Origin: Bacteroidales bacterium
GTDB lineage: Bacteria; Bacteroidota; Bacteroidia; Bacteroidales; WCHB1-69
Reading direction: 5' to 3'
Length of the DNA stretch: 64,000 nt
Assembly (NCBI GenBank): GCA_047638115.1
Contig: JBLJBB010000058.1
Location: 29,830-93,829, forward strand
Made by a program: the position numbers and the translations under genes. This document shows positions 39,643 through 49,965 of the stretch, in pieces. The notes under the pieces are model-generated. The model saw nothing but the letters and a program-made list of their open reading frames with translations, searched no databases and was not told the origin of the DNA. Position 1 is the stretch's first letter, and each line of letters starts with the position of its first letter.

Positions 39643-40194
39643 ATGGCAACAAGAATCAGATTACAAAGATTTGGTAAAAAGAATCATCCTTTTTATCACA
39701 TTGTAATTGCGGATGGTCGTGCACCACGAGACGGACGTTTTATCGAAAAAATCGGTACCTACAATCCAATGACCCATCCTGCAACTATCGACATGAATTT
39801 CGAAAGAGCATTGTATTGGGTTGAAGTGGGTGCTTCTCCATCAGAAACAGTTCGTTCGATTCTAAAACGTGAAGGCGTTTTAATGATGAAACATTTAAAA
39901 GGTGGTATTGCAAAAGGTGCAATCACTGAATTACAAGCAACTACCAAATTTGAAGCTTGGAAACAAGAAAAAGATTCTAAAGTGAATACTATTAAACGTG
40001 AATTAGCTGACGGCGCTCGCAATGAAGCTAAAAAACGTTTAGAAGCTGAAACTAAACTTCGTGAAGCTATGGCTCAAAAAGTAGCTGCTAAATATCAAGC
40101 AGAAGTGCAAGCTGAAGCTGCTGCTGCAGAAGAAGTAACTGAAGAAGTTGCTCCTGAAGTGGAAGAAACTCCTGAAGTGGAAGCTGCTGAATAA
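39643..40194 (+). CDS. rpsP: 30S ribosomal protein S16 with Bacteroidota C-terminal extension
   Basis: [38 protein letters not shown]; acidic Ala/Glu tail. Confidence 0.98.
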   Translation: MATRIRLQRFGKKNHPFYHIVIADGRAPRDGRFIEKIGTYNPMTHPATIDMNFERALYWVEVGASPSETVRSILKREGVLMMKHLKGGIAKGAITELQATTKFEAWKQEKDSKVNTIKRELADGARNEAKKRLEAETKLREAMAQKVAAKYQAEVQAEAAAAEEVTEEVAPEVEETPEVEAAE

Positions 40195-40213
40195 TTCACA
40201 ACTTCAATACTAT

Positions 40214-40243
40214 AAAAAAGGGATCTCATTGAGATCCCTTTTT
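40214..40243. terminator. Bidirectional intrinsic terminator after rpsP
   Basis: AAAAAGGGATCTC/GAGATCCCTTTTT. Confidence 0.85.
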
Positions 40244-40250
40244 GTTTGTG

Positions 40251-40766
40251 CTAATTTATGTATTGATTTGTACTGTCAGGTTTTTGATCTAGTTTTTTAA
40301 ATTTGTATGTGTAGTTTTCTTCAGAAACATCATACTTTTTACCATTTTTTATTCTATACATTTCATTAATTACATAAGTTGTATCATTTAAAATTTTTCC
40401 ACGGAAAAAAAATGTATTTATAGATGGGGGTGGACTATGAATCCATCTTTCGTATAAAATTTCATCATTTTTAATTTGAAAAACCCCCCAAGAGCTTTTT
40501 AGATTACGCAGTTGGTTAGTAAACATACTCTCTTCAAATTGATCCATTTCATTAAGGTTAATTCCTCCAAAATCATTTACAGTTCCATTTCTATAAAAGA
40601 CAAGAACTCTAGTTCCTGTTGTTTCGTAATAATAACCATCCATTCTTAACTCGTTTCCAGTATAGGGTTCCTTTGTCAATGACAGTTTATCATCTTCAAA
40701 AAGTTTATCACAGCTTGAGAATAGGGCTGAAATTGCCAATAATAATACTAAAATTAAGTTTTTCAT
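40251..40766 (-). CDS. Hypothetical lipoprotein
   Basis: Lipobox FSSC followed by acidic DKLFEDD; own -7 box at 40831-40838 and an AAGGAG SD. Confidence 0.8.
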   Translation of the reverse strand: MKNLILVLLLAISALFSSCDKLFEDDKLSLTKEPYTGNELRMDGYYYETTGTRVLVFYRNGTVNDFGGINLNEMDQFEESMFTNQLRNLKSSWGVFQIKNDEILYERWIHSPPPSINTFFFRGKILNDTTYVINEMYRIKNGKKYDVSEENYTYKFKKLDQKPDSTNQYIN

Positions 40767-40910
40767 AGATATATTCTCCTTTTTTTATACAATCCATTTT
40801 TTGTTCTGGGATTGGTTTATTTTATGAGTACAAATATACACATTTTTTAGAATATTTAACTAAGTTCTAAATATTTTCAACCACTCCGTGTTGTTTATTT
40901 GCAAAAGACC

Positions 40911-40949
40911 AAAAAAGCGAGGGTCTCTGAAACAGAAGCCCTCGCTTTT
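40911..40949 (-). terminator. Intrinsic terminator after the 421 aa T9SS cargo gene
   Basis: AAAAGCGAGGG/CCCTCGCTTTT hairpin. Confidence 0.8.
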
Positions 40950-40971
40950 AGAAAATAAAAGTTGAAGTTAA

Positions 40972-42237
40972 TTATTTAACAACCACTTTAGAAGTATAAA
41001 CTTGACCGTTTTGAGTTACTCTTAACATATAGATCCCAGCTTTTAAATCATTAACGTTTACGTTAACTGTAGCTTCAGAAGTTGTTTGGTTATAAACCAT
41101 TTGACCAACGATGTTGAAAAGTTGAACTTGTGCTGGAGTGTTTTCAGCCAACTCTAATGTAAAGTTGCTGGTTGCAGGATTTGGACGAACTGTGATGTTT
41201 TTTTGAGCAGTTTCTTCAACACCCACCCATGCACAATCTGTACAAGTTGCATGAATTAATATACCTGGCCTTTTATACGGTGTATTGATCCATATTCTAT
41301 TAGAAACATATTTTCCATAAAGGAAATATCCTGGATCTGCTACACTAAATTCCATACCACACATTGAGTTGCTTTTTTCAGTAGTCAGTGCAATTGTACC
41401 GTTAGTATTATAATCTGAGCGTTTTTCATCGTTATAATAACCTACAAATTTGTTGATATCTGTTCCTATAACACTTGCTAAAGTTCTGTTTGGTGTACCA
41501 GATTTAAAAGAGTAAGAAACAGCTACTGTTTTGTGAGCGATATTTGTAAAACCTTCTACAGGTAACAATTTATATGAAAAATATCCACCTGTAGTATCAT
41601 CAATAGTTAAAGGGTATTTAACTTGATAAAATTTTGGGTGTGTTGAAGCAGCCATCGTTGCATCTGCAATATTGTAAACTAATATTGCTTGTTTGAATTG
41701 AGGAATGGAGGCTTGAGTTAAAGTTTGATACTGCATTGACGATGTAGCAATAATAGTCATAACAAGAGTATCTACGATATTCGCAGGAACAGCAGTTCCT
41801 CTGTCATAAGCATACATACATCCCATTGAGTCAACTGTAAAAGTTGGTGTTGTGCCAATATGTGGAACAGGAATTGGTGTTCCTAGATCATCAGTTAAAC
41901 CATCATAAAAATCGTACCAAATAGATTCAGTAAAATCAAAGATCTGAACGAAACTGTAGAATTGAGGGCGACCAAGACCATCAGAGTATTCGTAAGAAGC
42001 TACAGAATCTTGTAAAAATACCGAACCACCGTATTCTAACTCTTCACCGAGGTATTGTTCTAAATCCTCATTGTAAGAGTACCACCAAGAACCAGCACCA
42101 GCTTTTGCAGCTGTGTTTAAAGTTGTTTTTTTAACTGGCAAACGATTGCCATCATCTTTAACAGTTTGAGTTGAAATTTGAGCAAAGCTTAAACTTGCAA
42201 TCAAAACCAACACTAAAGTTGTGTAAATTTTTTTCAT
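40972..42237 (-). CDS. T9SS type A sorting domain-containing secreted protein
   Basis: Signal peptide; CTD RPNPA...FNIVGQ...LKAGIYML...KVVVK. Confidence 0.9.
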   Translation of the reverse strand: MKKIYTTLVLVLIASLSFAQISTQTVKDDGNRLPVKKTTLNTAAKAGAGSWWYSYNEDLEQYLGEELEYGGSVFLQDSVASYEYSDGLGRPQFYSFVQIFDFTESIWYDFYDGLTDDLGTPIPVPHIGTTPTFTVDSMGCMYAYDRGTAVPANIVDTLVMTIIATSSMQYQTLTQASIPQFKQAILVYNIADATMAASTHPKFYQVKYPLTIDDTTGGYFSYKLLPVEGFTNIAHKTVAVSYSFKSGTPNRTLASVIGTDINKFVGYYNDEKRSDYNTNGTIALTTEKSNSMCGMEFSVADPGYFLYGKYVSNRIWINTPYKRPGILIHATCTDCAWVGVEETAQKNITVRPNPATSNFTLELAENTPAQVQLFNIVGQMVYNQTTSEATVNVNVNDLKAGIYMLRVTQNGQVYTSKVVVK

Positions 42238-42376
42238 TTTTTTAAATGTTTTTAATTGGTATTTAATTAATTATGTTAATTTTTTTGTGTTTTTCTTCTT
42301 TAAAATATATTGGGAGCAAAGATATATAAAATATATATATAAAGTAGATATAAATCTGATTTTTTTAATAAAAAAA

Positions 42377-42506
42377 AGCTAAGAGCTAAGAGTTAAGAGT
42401 TAAGAATGTTAAATGGTCATTATTAAACACTTAACCCTTAACCCTTAACCCTTAACCTTTCGCCCTTCGCCTTTCGCCCTTCGCCTTTAGCCCTTCGCCC
42501 TTTACC
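42377..42506 (-). repeat. Heptamer tandem repeats forming an inverted hairpin (terminator-like)
   Basis: (AG[C/T]TAAG)4 at 42377-42404; (CTTAACC)4 then ([C/T]TT[C/A]GCC)6 and CTTTACC at 42430-42506. Confidence 0.85.
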
Positions 42507-44445
42507 TTACGATTAATTTTTGAGTAGAAGATCCAGTTTTTGTTCTAACATTTACCAAATAGAAACCAGAGGAAAAGTTAGAAATATTAATTTCAAATTG
42601 ATTTCCACCTGTTTCCAATGGCACATTTTGAGTGTATACTACTTGTCCCATAAGGTTAGTAACTAAAAGATTAGCATTTGAGCTCTCTTTAGAAAGTATA
42701 TTTAATGTAACAAGATTAGAAGCTGGATTTGGATAGATTTTCATTTCAGAAAGTGTGTTTTCTTGAATCCCATCTCCAATATTCCAAAGATTTTGGTACA
42801 CTTCTTGACAATTATTAAATACACCAATATCATTTTTTGGAATATCATAACCAAAAACATTCATAGTATTAGTTGCCATACCACCAATACTTCCAGGAAT
42901 ATAATCAGCGTACCACATCATAAATAGTTTATTATTAGCTGATTTTGGAGCCATAACTGGCCACATATTTTCTGTTTCATTAAAGGTTGTATGTTCTCCA
43001 TAAAGCTCAGTACTTTCCCAATCAACATAATATAAATCACGGTGATATGAAAGCCAGCTTACATTAGCTTGATCATCCCATGTAAGACCATTGTCATCAG
43101 AAACTGTAGCGAATACTCCTCTATAATATTGACTTTCAGTAAACATAAAAGGATATTCAAGTGTAGAAGTGTACAGCATATATACTTTTCCACCTTCTGC
43201 AACTAAATTTGGGAAAGATGTTGCGCCAGAAAAGCGGTAACCAACCCAAGTATCTGAGGCATTTAAGAACCAAATTGTATCATCACCATCAAGGTTAGGG
43301 CGACCAATACTATAAGTTTGATTTTCAACTTCGTTAAGAGTATCCATTAGAACAGTATAAGGTAGCATATTTTCGTTCCAGTAGAGTATTTCACCAGTAC
43401 CATGCCAGTATGACCAATAACCAGGTTGACTCTCTTCATCTCTTTGCACTAAACGAGTACCAAAGGCAACATGAACTAATCCATTGTCATCAATAGCTGC
43501 AGAAAAAGTTTCATCATTCACATAACATTGAGGAAGTAGTGTAGTGTCAGAGCTAAAATCATCTGCTCCTGGAAAATCAAAAACAAGATGACGTGTCCAT
43601 GTAGCTCCACGATCCATGGATTTAAGATAAAATACATCACTGGCAAGACCCCCACAAACAAGAAGAAGAGTACCGTTTTTCTCGACAAATTTAATTTTAT
43701 CAGCACTCACATTTACTCTATCTTTATGTAGCATTCCTGGCATAAGAATTGCGTCTTCCCAAGTTGCACCACCATCGGTAGATCTAACATACACAGTAAC
43801 CGTTTGATAACCTTGGTATAGGTAACCTGCAGTACTTTCAGTTTGTGCAGCAATATGGATGGTATCGCCTTGAATTGCCATGGTTGGCCATAAAAGAGAT
43901 GTACTTGTTAGAGTTCCATTTGATGCCACTGGACCAGCTAATGTAGTTTGTATCCAATTTCCTGTGCCTTTAATGGTTCTTTTGTTTAACACTAATCCAG
44001 TTCCAGAGTGAGAAACAACTAATTCTCCATCTCCAAGGGGTGCAATAATACCAAAGCCAGTTCTAACAGATTCAATTCTTGTAGCTGGGTCTTGACTTAG
44101 TCCCCAAGATGAACCGTTGAAATAGTTGTACCCTGTTCCTCTTGTAGCTGGATCAGTACTTGCAGTTGTCCATACAGCTGCAGCAGTACCATCTGGAAAT
44201 GCAGTAATTGTATTTCTAGAAGTACCATTAGAAACCACATCATAATAAGTAGATCCAATACCAATTCCACTTCCATTTCGAAGAATCGTTGGTGTTATAA
44301 TCTCATCTGGAATTTCCATTCCAGTTTTTGGGGAATACTTTACAGTTTGAAGTTGGGTTGTCATTTTTGAAGTTTTCACGGGTACCTGTGCAAATAAGGC
44401 ACTTACTGTAAAAACTAAAACTACAATTGATAAGACTTTTTTCAT
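42502..44445 (-). CDS. T9SS type A cargo with BNR/Asp-box repeats (beta-propeller), paralog 1
   Basis: Asp-boxes STDGGATW, SMDRGATW, SDDNGLTW; CTD YPNPAS...SGFYLV...QKLIVR. Confidence 0.88.
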   Translation of the reverse strand: MKKVLSIVVLVFTVSALFAQVPVKTSKMTTQLQTVKYSPKTGMEIPDEIITPTILRNGSGIGIGSTYYDVVSNGTSRNTITAFPDGTAAAVWTTASTDPATRGTGYNYFNGSSWGLSQDPATRIESVRTGFGIIAPLGDGELVVSHSGTGLVLNKRTIKGTGNWIQTTLAGPVASNGTLTSTSLLWPTMAIQGDTIHIAAQTESTAGYLYQGYQTVTVYVRSTDGGATWEDAILMPGMLHKDRVNVSADKIKFVEKNGTLLLVCGGLASDVFYLKSMDRGATWTRHLVFDFPGADDFSSDTTLLPQCYVNDETFSAAIDDNGLVHVAFGTRLVQRDEESQPGYWSYWHGTGEILYWNENMLPYTVLMDTLNEVENQTYSIGRPNLDGDDTIWFLNASDTWVGYRFSGATSFPNLVAEGGKVYMLYTSTLEYPFMFTESQYYRGVFATVSDDNGLTWDDQANVSWLSYHRDLYYVDWESTELYGEHTTFNETENMWPVMAPKSANNKLFMMWYADYIPGSIGGMATNTMNVFGYDIPKNDIGVFNNCQEVYQNLWNIGDGIQENTLSEMKIYPNPASNLVTLNILSKESSNANLLVTNLMGQVVYTQNVPLETGGNQFEINISNFSSGFYLVNVRTKTGSSTQKLIVR

Positions 44446-44511
44446 AATATTAATATTTGGTTAATAACTATTAATTAATCTGCAAATATAAATAATTATT
44501 TAACAAAAAAC

Positions 44512-44543
44512 AAAAAAAGGCAGAAAATCTGCCTTTTTTTTTT
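44512..44543 (-). terminator. Intrinsic terminator between the two Asp-box paralogs
   Basis: AAAAAAAGGCAGA/TCTGCCTTTTTTT. Confidence 0.8.
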
Positions 44544-44562
44544 AAATAAAATAAAAATAAAA

Positions 44563-46494
44563 TTATTTTACTATTAATTTTTGAGTAGAAGAACCTGCAT
44601 TAGTATGAATATTTACTAGGTAGAAACCTGCAGAAAAGTCAGATACATTAAGTTGGTATTGATTAGATCCTGTTTCCAATGAAATATTTTGAGTATATAC
44701 CATTTGTCCCATAAGATTAGTAACAACAAGATTAGCATTAGTAGTTTCTTTTGAAAGTACATTAACAGTTACATTATTTGAAGCAGGATTTGGGAAAATT
44801 TTCATCTCAGAAAGAGAGTTTTCTTTAATACCTTCTTGATTCCAAAGAGCTTGGTAAACTTCTGTTGTATTTTTGTATTCTCCAACGTCTGTTTTATCGA
44901 TATTTACACCATAAATGGATGATGCTAAAGTTCCAAAAGTAGCAGGAGAACCAGGTAAATTATCAAAATACCACATAATATTTAGTTTCCCATTACTTGA
45001 ATTATGAGCCATAGCTGGGAAAAAGTTTTCACCTTCATTATAAGTCATGATTTCGCCGTATAATTCTGAATCTTCCCAATTTACGAAATACATTTCTGGG
45101 TGATAAGATAACCAACTTACATTGTTTAGATCATCCCAAGTTGCACCGTTATCGTCAGATACTGTTGCAAAAATACCATTGTAATATTCTGAAGTAGCTC
45201 CACAATAGTAATCAGCTTCCATTAAAGCAGCATACACTAAATACACTTTTCCACCTTCAGCAACTAAGTTAGGGAAAGTGATAGGTCCATTACTTCTATA
45301 CTCTGGTTGAGTATAACCATCCATAAACCAAATGGTATCGTCACCATCAAGGTTAGGACGACCAATTCTACCAGCATAAGCTTCAACAGTATTAGTATCA
45401 AAAGGAACAGCAAATGGAGCCATGGTTGAGTTCCAATAGATTAAATTATCGTATGCCCACCATACAGAATATTCATCTTGAGCATTTGTTTCATCTCTAG
45501 CACCCATTAATCCACCAAAAGCAACGTGAACTGTACCATCATCACCTATAGCAATAGAAGCAGTATAGTCGTTAAGAACAGTCATTGGGAATGTTCCTGT
45601 AGTAAAATCAAAATTTGGACCACCAGCAAATGGATAAACAGAATGTTTTGTCCAAGTATCTCCACGATCATTTGATTCTAAGTAAAAAGTTTCACCAAAT
45701 TTTTCAGAAATTAAAGCAACTAATTTTCCGTTTTTAGCAACCAAAGAATAATTGTCAGCCATCTCTTTATTTTCGTTTGCCATGGCAGCAATCAATTGAG
45801 GAGCAGACCAAGTTGTTCCACCGTCATTAGATCTGTAATATAATACTGGAGTTTGAATTCCTTGATATAAAGTTCCTTCAACATTATCAGTACAAGCGAA
45901 AATGTGAACAGTATCACCTTGAGTACAGATTGATGGCCATAAAAGTACTGTGTTTTCAGGTGCCCCATCATGTCCTGGTCCAACTAAAGTTGTTTCAGTC
46001 CAAGCGCCAGTTCCTTTAGTAGCTCTTTTATTAATGGTTAAACCAGTTGCACCATTATGAGCAGCAACGATTTCACCATTGTTTAGTGGTGCAATAACAC
46101 CCCATCCAGTACGAACAGTTTCAATCCTATCAGTAGTAGGATCAGGTTGTGGTCCCCAAGATGCGCCATTATAATAGTTATACCCTGTACCCCTTTGAGG
46201 AGAGGTTTGTGCCATTGTCCAAACAGCAGCTACTGTACCATCTACCCAGTTTGCAATTAAATTACGAGATAATGCGTTTGTTACAGCATCATAATAAGTA
46301 ACACCAATAGCAGTGGTATTAGCTGCTCTGATGAATTGAGGAATTGCATTTTCAGGAGTAGATTCTTGTCCTGAAACTGCAGTAATTTTCATAGGTACAT
46401 TTGTAGCACCGGTAGGTCTTGTAACTTTACTTTGAGCGTTTATAACAACTGTTAAAGCAAACATTACAACTAAAAAAGATAAGATTTTTTTCAT
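44563..46494 (-). CDS. T9SS type A cargo with BNR/Asp-box repeats (beta-propeller), paralog 2
   Basis: Asp-boxes SNDGGTTW, SNDRGDTW, SDDNGATW; CTD FPNPAS...AGFYLV...QKLIVK; -7 box at 46533-46540. Confidence 0.88.
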   Translation of the reverse strand: MKKILSFLVVMFALTVVINAQSKVTRPTGATNVPMKITAVSGQESTPENAIPQFIRAANTTAIGVTYYDAVTNALSRNLIANWVDGTVAAVWTMAQTSPQRGTGYNYYNGASWGPQPDPTTDRIETVRTGWGVIAPLNNGEIVAAHNGATGLTINKRATKGTGAWTETTLVGPGHDGAPENTVLLWPSICTQGDTVHIFACTDNVEGTLYQGIQTPVLYYRSNDGGTTWSAPQLIAAMANENKEMADNYSLVAKNGKLVALISEKFGETFYLESNDRGDTWTKHSVYPFAGGPNFDFTTGTFPMTVLNDYTASIAIGDDGTVHVAFGGLMGARDETNAQDEYSVWWAYDNLIYWNSTMAPFAVPFDTNTVEAYAGRIGRPNLDGDDTIWFMDGYTQPEYRSNGPITFPNLVAEGGKVYLVYAALMEADYYCGATSEYYNGIFATVSDDNGATWDDLNNVSWLSYHPEMYFVNWEDSELYGEIMTYNEGENFFPAMAHNSSNGKLNIMWYFDNLPGSPATFGTLASSIYGVNIDKTDVGEYKNTTEVYQALWNQEGIKENSLSEMKIFPNPASNNVTVNVLSKETTNANLVVTNLMGQMVYTQNISLETGSNQYQLNVSDFSAGFYLVNIHTNAGSSTQKLIVK

Positions 46495-46606
46495 AGTATA
46501 ATAATTTGGTTAATAATTAAATTTTCACTCTACAAAGATATATAAAAAAAATACAATTTCTACGAATGGTCGAAAAAAAAGATAAATGGTAGAAAAAGGT
46601 GTTATT

Positions 46607-47911
46607 TTACTTTTTTCTAAAATAAATCTCTATAGGACACCCTGAAAAATCCCAAAGCTCTCTTATTCTATTTTCTAAAAAGCGCGTATAGTTTTCTCTA
46701 ACATATTGAGGCAAATTACAAAAAAATGCAAATGCTGGAAAATAAGTGGGAAGTTGCGTTACATACTTTATTCTAACAACTTTATCTTTAACAACAGGTG
46801 GTGGTGTTTTTTGAATGATCTCTAACAATTTTTCATTAAGTTCAGAAGTTGAAATTCTTCTGCTTCTGTTATTATGAACGGCAACTGCCGTTTCAAGTAC
46901 TTTAAAAATTCTTTGTTTAGTTAACACAGATGTAAAAATAATGGGAACATCTTTAAATGGAGCAATTTTTTGACGAATGATCTCCTCATACTCTTTCATG
47001 GTTTTAGTTTCTTTTTCAACTAAATCCCATTTATTCATAACAATAACGATCCCTTTTCTATTTCTAGCAGCAAGACTAAAAATGTTGACATCTTGAGCAT
47101 CGAAGCCAGTTGAAGCATCACACATTAAGATGCAAACATCACTATTTTCAATGGCACGCACAGCTCTCATCACAGAATAGAACTCTAAGTTTTCTTCAAC
47201 TTTTCCTTTTTTTCTAAGCCCAGCTGTGTCAACTAAATAGAAATCAAAACCAAAACTGTTATATCTTGTATATGTTGAATCTCGAGTTGTACCTGCAAGT
47301 GGAGTTACAATTTGTTGTTCTTTGCCTAAAAACGTGTTAACAATAGATGATTTCCCTACATTTGGCTTCCCAACAATCGTTATTTTAGGAAGTTGATCCT
47401 CTTTTTGTTCCTCTTCCACTTTAAAATGTTTCACAACTTCATCTAAAAGATCACCAGTACCGCTACCAGAGATTGCAGAAATGGGAAACACATTGTCAAA
47501 ACCTAAAGAATAAAACTCTGTATAATCATAATAATTACTAGAAGAGTCAATTTTATTAACTACTAAAAAGAATGGTTTTTTATTTTTTCTGAGCATAATA
47601 GCAACATCTTGATCAAGCGGTGTAAGACCTTCTCGCCCATCAACAAGAAACAAAATCACATCTGATTCTTCAATAGCAAAACTCACTTGTTTTCTAATTT
47701 CATGTTCAAAAATGTCATCAGAACCTACAACATATCCACCTGTATCAATAACAGAGAATTCGAATCCACCCCAATCAGATTTTCCATAGTTTCGATCTCT
47801 AGTTACTCCTGCGATAGAGTCTACAATAGCTTCTTTTGATTGTGTCAACCTATTAAAAAGGGTTGATTTTCCGACATTTGGTGTCCCTACTAACGATACA
47901 ATGTTTCCCAT
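46607..47911 (-). CDS. der: Ribosome biogenesis GTPase Der (EngA)
   Basis: Two G domains ([21 protein letters not shown]), DTGG/DTAG, NKID/NKWD, C-terminal KH-like domain. Confidence 0.98.
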   Translation of the reverse strand: MGNIVSLVGTPNVGKSTLFNRLTQSKEAIVDSIAGVTRDRNYGKSDWGGFEFSVIDTGGYVVGSDDIFEHEIRKQVSFAIEESDVILFLVDGREGLTPLDQDVAIMLRKNKKPFFLVVNKIDSSSNYYDYTEFYSLGFDNVFPISAISGSGTGDLLDEVVKHFKVEEEQKEDQLPKITIVGKPNVGKSSIVNTFLGKEQQIVTPLAGTTRDSTYTRYNSFGFDFYLVDTAGLRKKGKVEENLEFYSVMRAVRAIENSDVCILMCDASTGFDAQDVNIFSLAARNRKGIVIVMNKWDLVEKETKTMKEYEEIIRQKIAPFKDVPIIFTSVLTKQRIFKVLETAVAVHNNRSRRISTSELNEKLLEIIQKTPPPVVKDKVVRIKYVTQLPTYFPAFAFFCNLPQYVRENYTRFLENRIRELWDFSGCPIEIYFRKK

Positions 47912-47946
47912 AATAATAAGATAATAGTGTTAATTTTTGATTTTAA

Positions 47947-48819
47947 TTATAAAATATTTGCTAATTGTTCTTTCATTTTTTCAACTTCATCTTTCATTTG
48001 AACAACTATTTGCTGAATGTTAAAATGATTACATTTTGAACCAATTGTATTTACTTCCCTTCCCATCTCTTGAACAATAAAGCCCAATTTTTTACCTTGG
48101 GAATTAATATCGTTTAATGTTTCTGTAAAATAGTGACAATGTTTGGTTAATCTAACTTTTTCCTCAGTGATATCTAACTTTTCAATATAATAGATGAGTT
48201 CTTGTTCAAAGCGATTTTGGTCATATTTTCCAGTTAATTGGGCTACATCTAGTGCATCAAGCATTTTTTTTCTCACAGCTCCAATTCTTTCTTCTTCGAA
48301 TGGCGTAATTTCATTAACAAGGTTTAAAATGAGATCAACTCTATTTTCAATATCTAGTTGTAAACTTTTTCCTTCAGAAATTCTAAACTGGTTAACATTT
48401 TCACATGTTTCTTGAATAGCAACTTTCAACTGTTCCCAATCACTCTCTTTGATCTCCTCTTTTGGAACAGCAATCACATCTGGCATTCTCAGAACTTGAG
48501 TAAAAATATCTGATTCTACACTATTTTCTACAAATTTTGAGAGTTCAGTAAGTTTGTTAAAGTATATTTTGGCCAATTCAACGTCAATGGCAATTGTTGG
48601 AGTTGCCGTTTTATCCAGATAAATGGCAACATCAATTTTTCCTCTTTCCAATATTTGTGATATCAGAGAACGAATGTCATTTTCTTTATCTCTAAAAAGG
48701 GAAGAGATGCGGGTATTGATATCAATTTGTTTACTATTTAAGGTTCTAATTTCAACTACAATAGATTTGTTATCTATTATAGTATTAGTTTTCCCGAAAC
48801 CTGTCATTGATTTTATCAT
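47947..48819 (-). CDS. YicC/YloC family endoribonuclease
   Basis: MIKSMTGFG, EKLDITEEKVRL, GKKLGFIVQEMGREVNTIGSK. Confidence 0.95.
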   Translation of the reverse strand: MIKSMTGFGKTNTIIDNKSIVVEIRTLNSKQIDINTRISSLFRDKENDIRSLISQILERGKIDVAIYLDKTATPTIAIDVELAKIYFNKLTELSKFVENSVESDIFTQVLRMPDVIAVPKEEIKESDWEQLKVAIQETCENVNQFRISEGKSLQLDIENRVDLILNLVNEITPFEEERIGAVRKKMLDALDVAQLTGKYDQNRFEQELIYYIEKLDITEEKVRLTKHCHYFTETLNDINSQGKKLGFIVQEMGREVNTIGSKCNHFNIQQIVVQMKDEVEKMKEQLANIL

Positions 48820-48833
48820 ACTTATTTTTTAAT

Positions 48834-48858
48834 AAAAAGGGCAGCTTACGCCACCCTT
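48834..48858 (-). terminator. Intrinsic terminator after the exbB-exbD operon
   Basis: AAGGGTGGC-GTAA-GCTGCCCTT followed by a T run on the minus strand. Confidence 0.6.
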
Positions 48859-48888
48859 AAGATTATATAAATCAAAATTAAAGATAGA

Positions 48889-49380
48889 TTAATTTTCTAT
48901 CTCAGCTTTTTTAAGCGTTGCATAGTTGATTTTCAGTGCATTGTTTTTTCGTAATTCAGTTTTAATTACATTAACATAACGCATTTGAACATCTTTATCA
49001 ACTTTTAAAGAGAATGTTAGTTTGTTTTTATCTTCTTCACTTCTTGATTCTTTAGCTCTACCAATAAAATCTTTCACTTCGTTTTCAAGATTTTCTTGTT
49101 TTATCGTTTGATCCGCTAATTGAACAGATATTTTTCCAGGAGGAAGTGTATTTTCATTTTTACTAACTGGTGTCCCAATATAAATTGTTTCAACTAAAGA
49201 TTTTTTTTCCAGTTTTTGAATTTCAGAAGCTTTAGGAGTTGTAAATTTCACTTTAACATTAGTTTCACGCATGTTGGTAATCACCATGAAGAAAAACAAA
49301 AACATGAAGATAATGTCAGACATAGATCCGGTATTAATTTCCGGAAGCTCTTTGCTATTTTCTTTTTTAAATCTTGCCAT
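48889..49380 (-). CDS. Biopolymer transporter ExbD/TolR family
   Basis: SMSDIIFMFLFFFMV (conserved TM Asp), LKVDKD, LKINY. Confidence 0.92.
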   Translation of the reverse strand: MARFKKENSKELPEINTGSMSDIIFMFLFFFMVITNMRETNVKVKFTTPKASEIQKLEKKSLVETIYIGTPVSKNENTLPPGKISVQLADQTIKQENLENEVKDFIGRAKESRSEEDKNKLTFSLKVDKDVQMRYVNVIKTELRKNNALKINYATLKKAEIEN

Positions 49381-49391
49381 AATCTCTGTTT

Positions 49392-49964
49392 TTATTCAGT
49401 TGTTTTATTATAGTCCATTGGTTTTGCTTCAGAGACCTGCATTGGGATAGCTTTTTTAATTGAGGATTGAAATGCTGTATCTAATGATGCATATTTTTTT
49501 CCAAAATATTGAATAGAAACTTCATCTCTAAGTTCATTAATGGCTCTTTCCAATTCATTTTGAACTTGTACGTACACTTCGTAAGAGGTACTTTGGTCAT
49601 TTTTTAGTGAAACTACACCTTTTGAAACTCTATAGTCTCCTAAGAAATCGATAGTTTTAAACTCTTTTACTGGTAGGTTTGGTAAATCGTTAGGATTTTC
49701 CAAAAACTCTTTAGCTTTATCTTTTAATTGACCAATAGTGATAACTTCATTATTAACAGAAATCTGATTATTGAAGTTAACAACCACATTAAATACATTT
49801 CTTTGATTGATCTCTTCAGTGACCTCCTCAGTAGCAGGAGGAGGTAATCTTCTTGGAATACCCTGTTCTGTGTTGATTGAAGAAGTCAACAAGAAAAAAG
49901 TCAATAGCAAGAAAGAGATATCGGCCATTGAACCAGTATTAATTCCAGGTGTTTTTCTTGACAT
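49392..49964 (-). CDS. Biopolymer transporter ExbD/TolR family
   Basis: INTGSMADISFLLLTFFL, GIPRRLPP, VQNEL, VSEA.P. Confidence 0.92.
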   Translation of the reverse strand: MSRKTPGINTGSMADISFLLLTFFLLTSSINTEQGIPRRLPPPATEEVTEEINQRNVFNVVVNFNNQISVNNEVITIGQLKDKAKEFLENPNDLPNLPVKEFKTIDFLGDYRVSKGVVSLKNDQSTSYEVYVQVQNELERAINELRDEVSIQYFGKKYASLDTAFQSSIKKAIPMQVSEAKPMDYNKTTE

Positions 49965-49965
49965 T

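Noticed and set aside
40021-40194. Long Ala/Glu tail and short repeat in rpsP
   Set aside because: C-terminal extensions of S16 are normal in Bacteroidota
42430-42457. Telomere-like (TTAAGGG)n tract suggesting contamination or a replicon end
   Set aside because: Only four units, grades into other heptamers, and is embedded between collinear bacterial genes
42502-46494. Calling the Asp-box proteins sialidases
   Set aside because: Asp-boxes are not sialidase-specific and no (F/Y)RIP motif is visible
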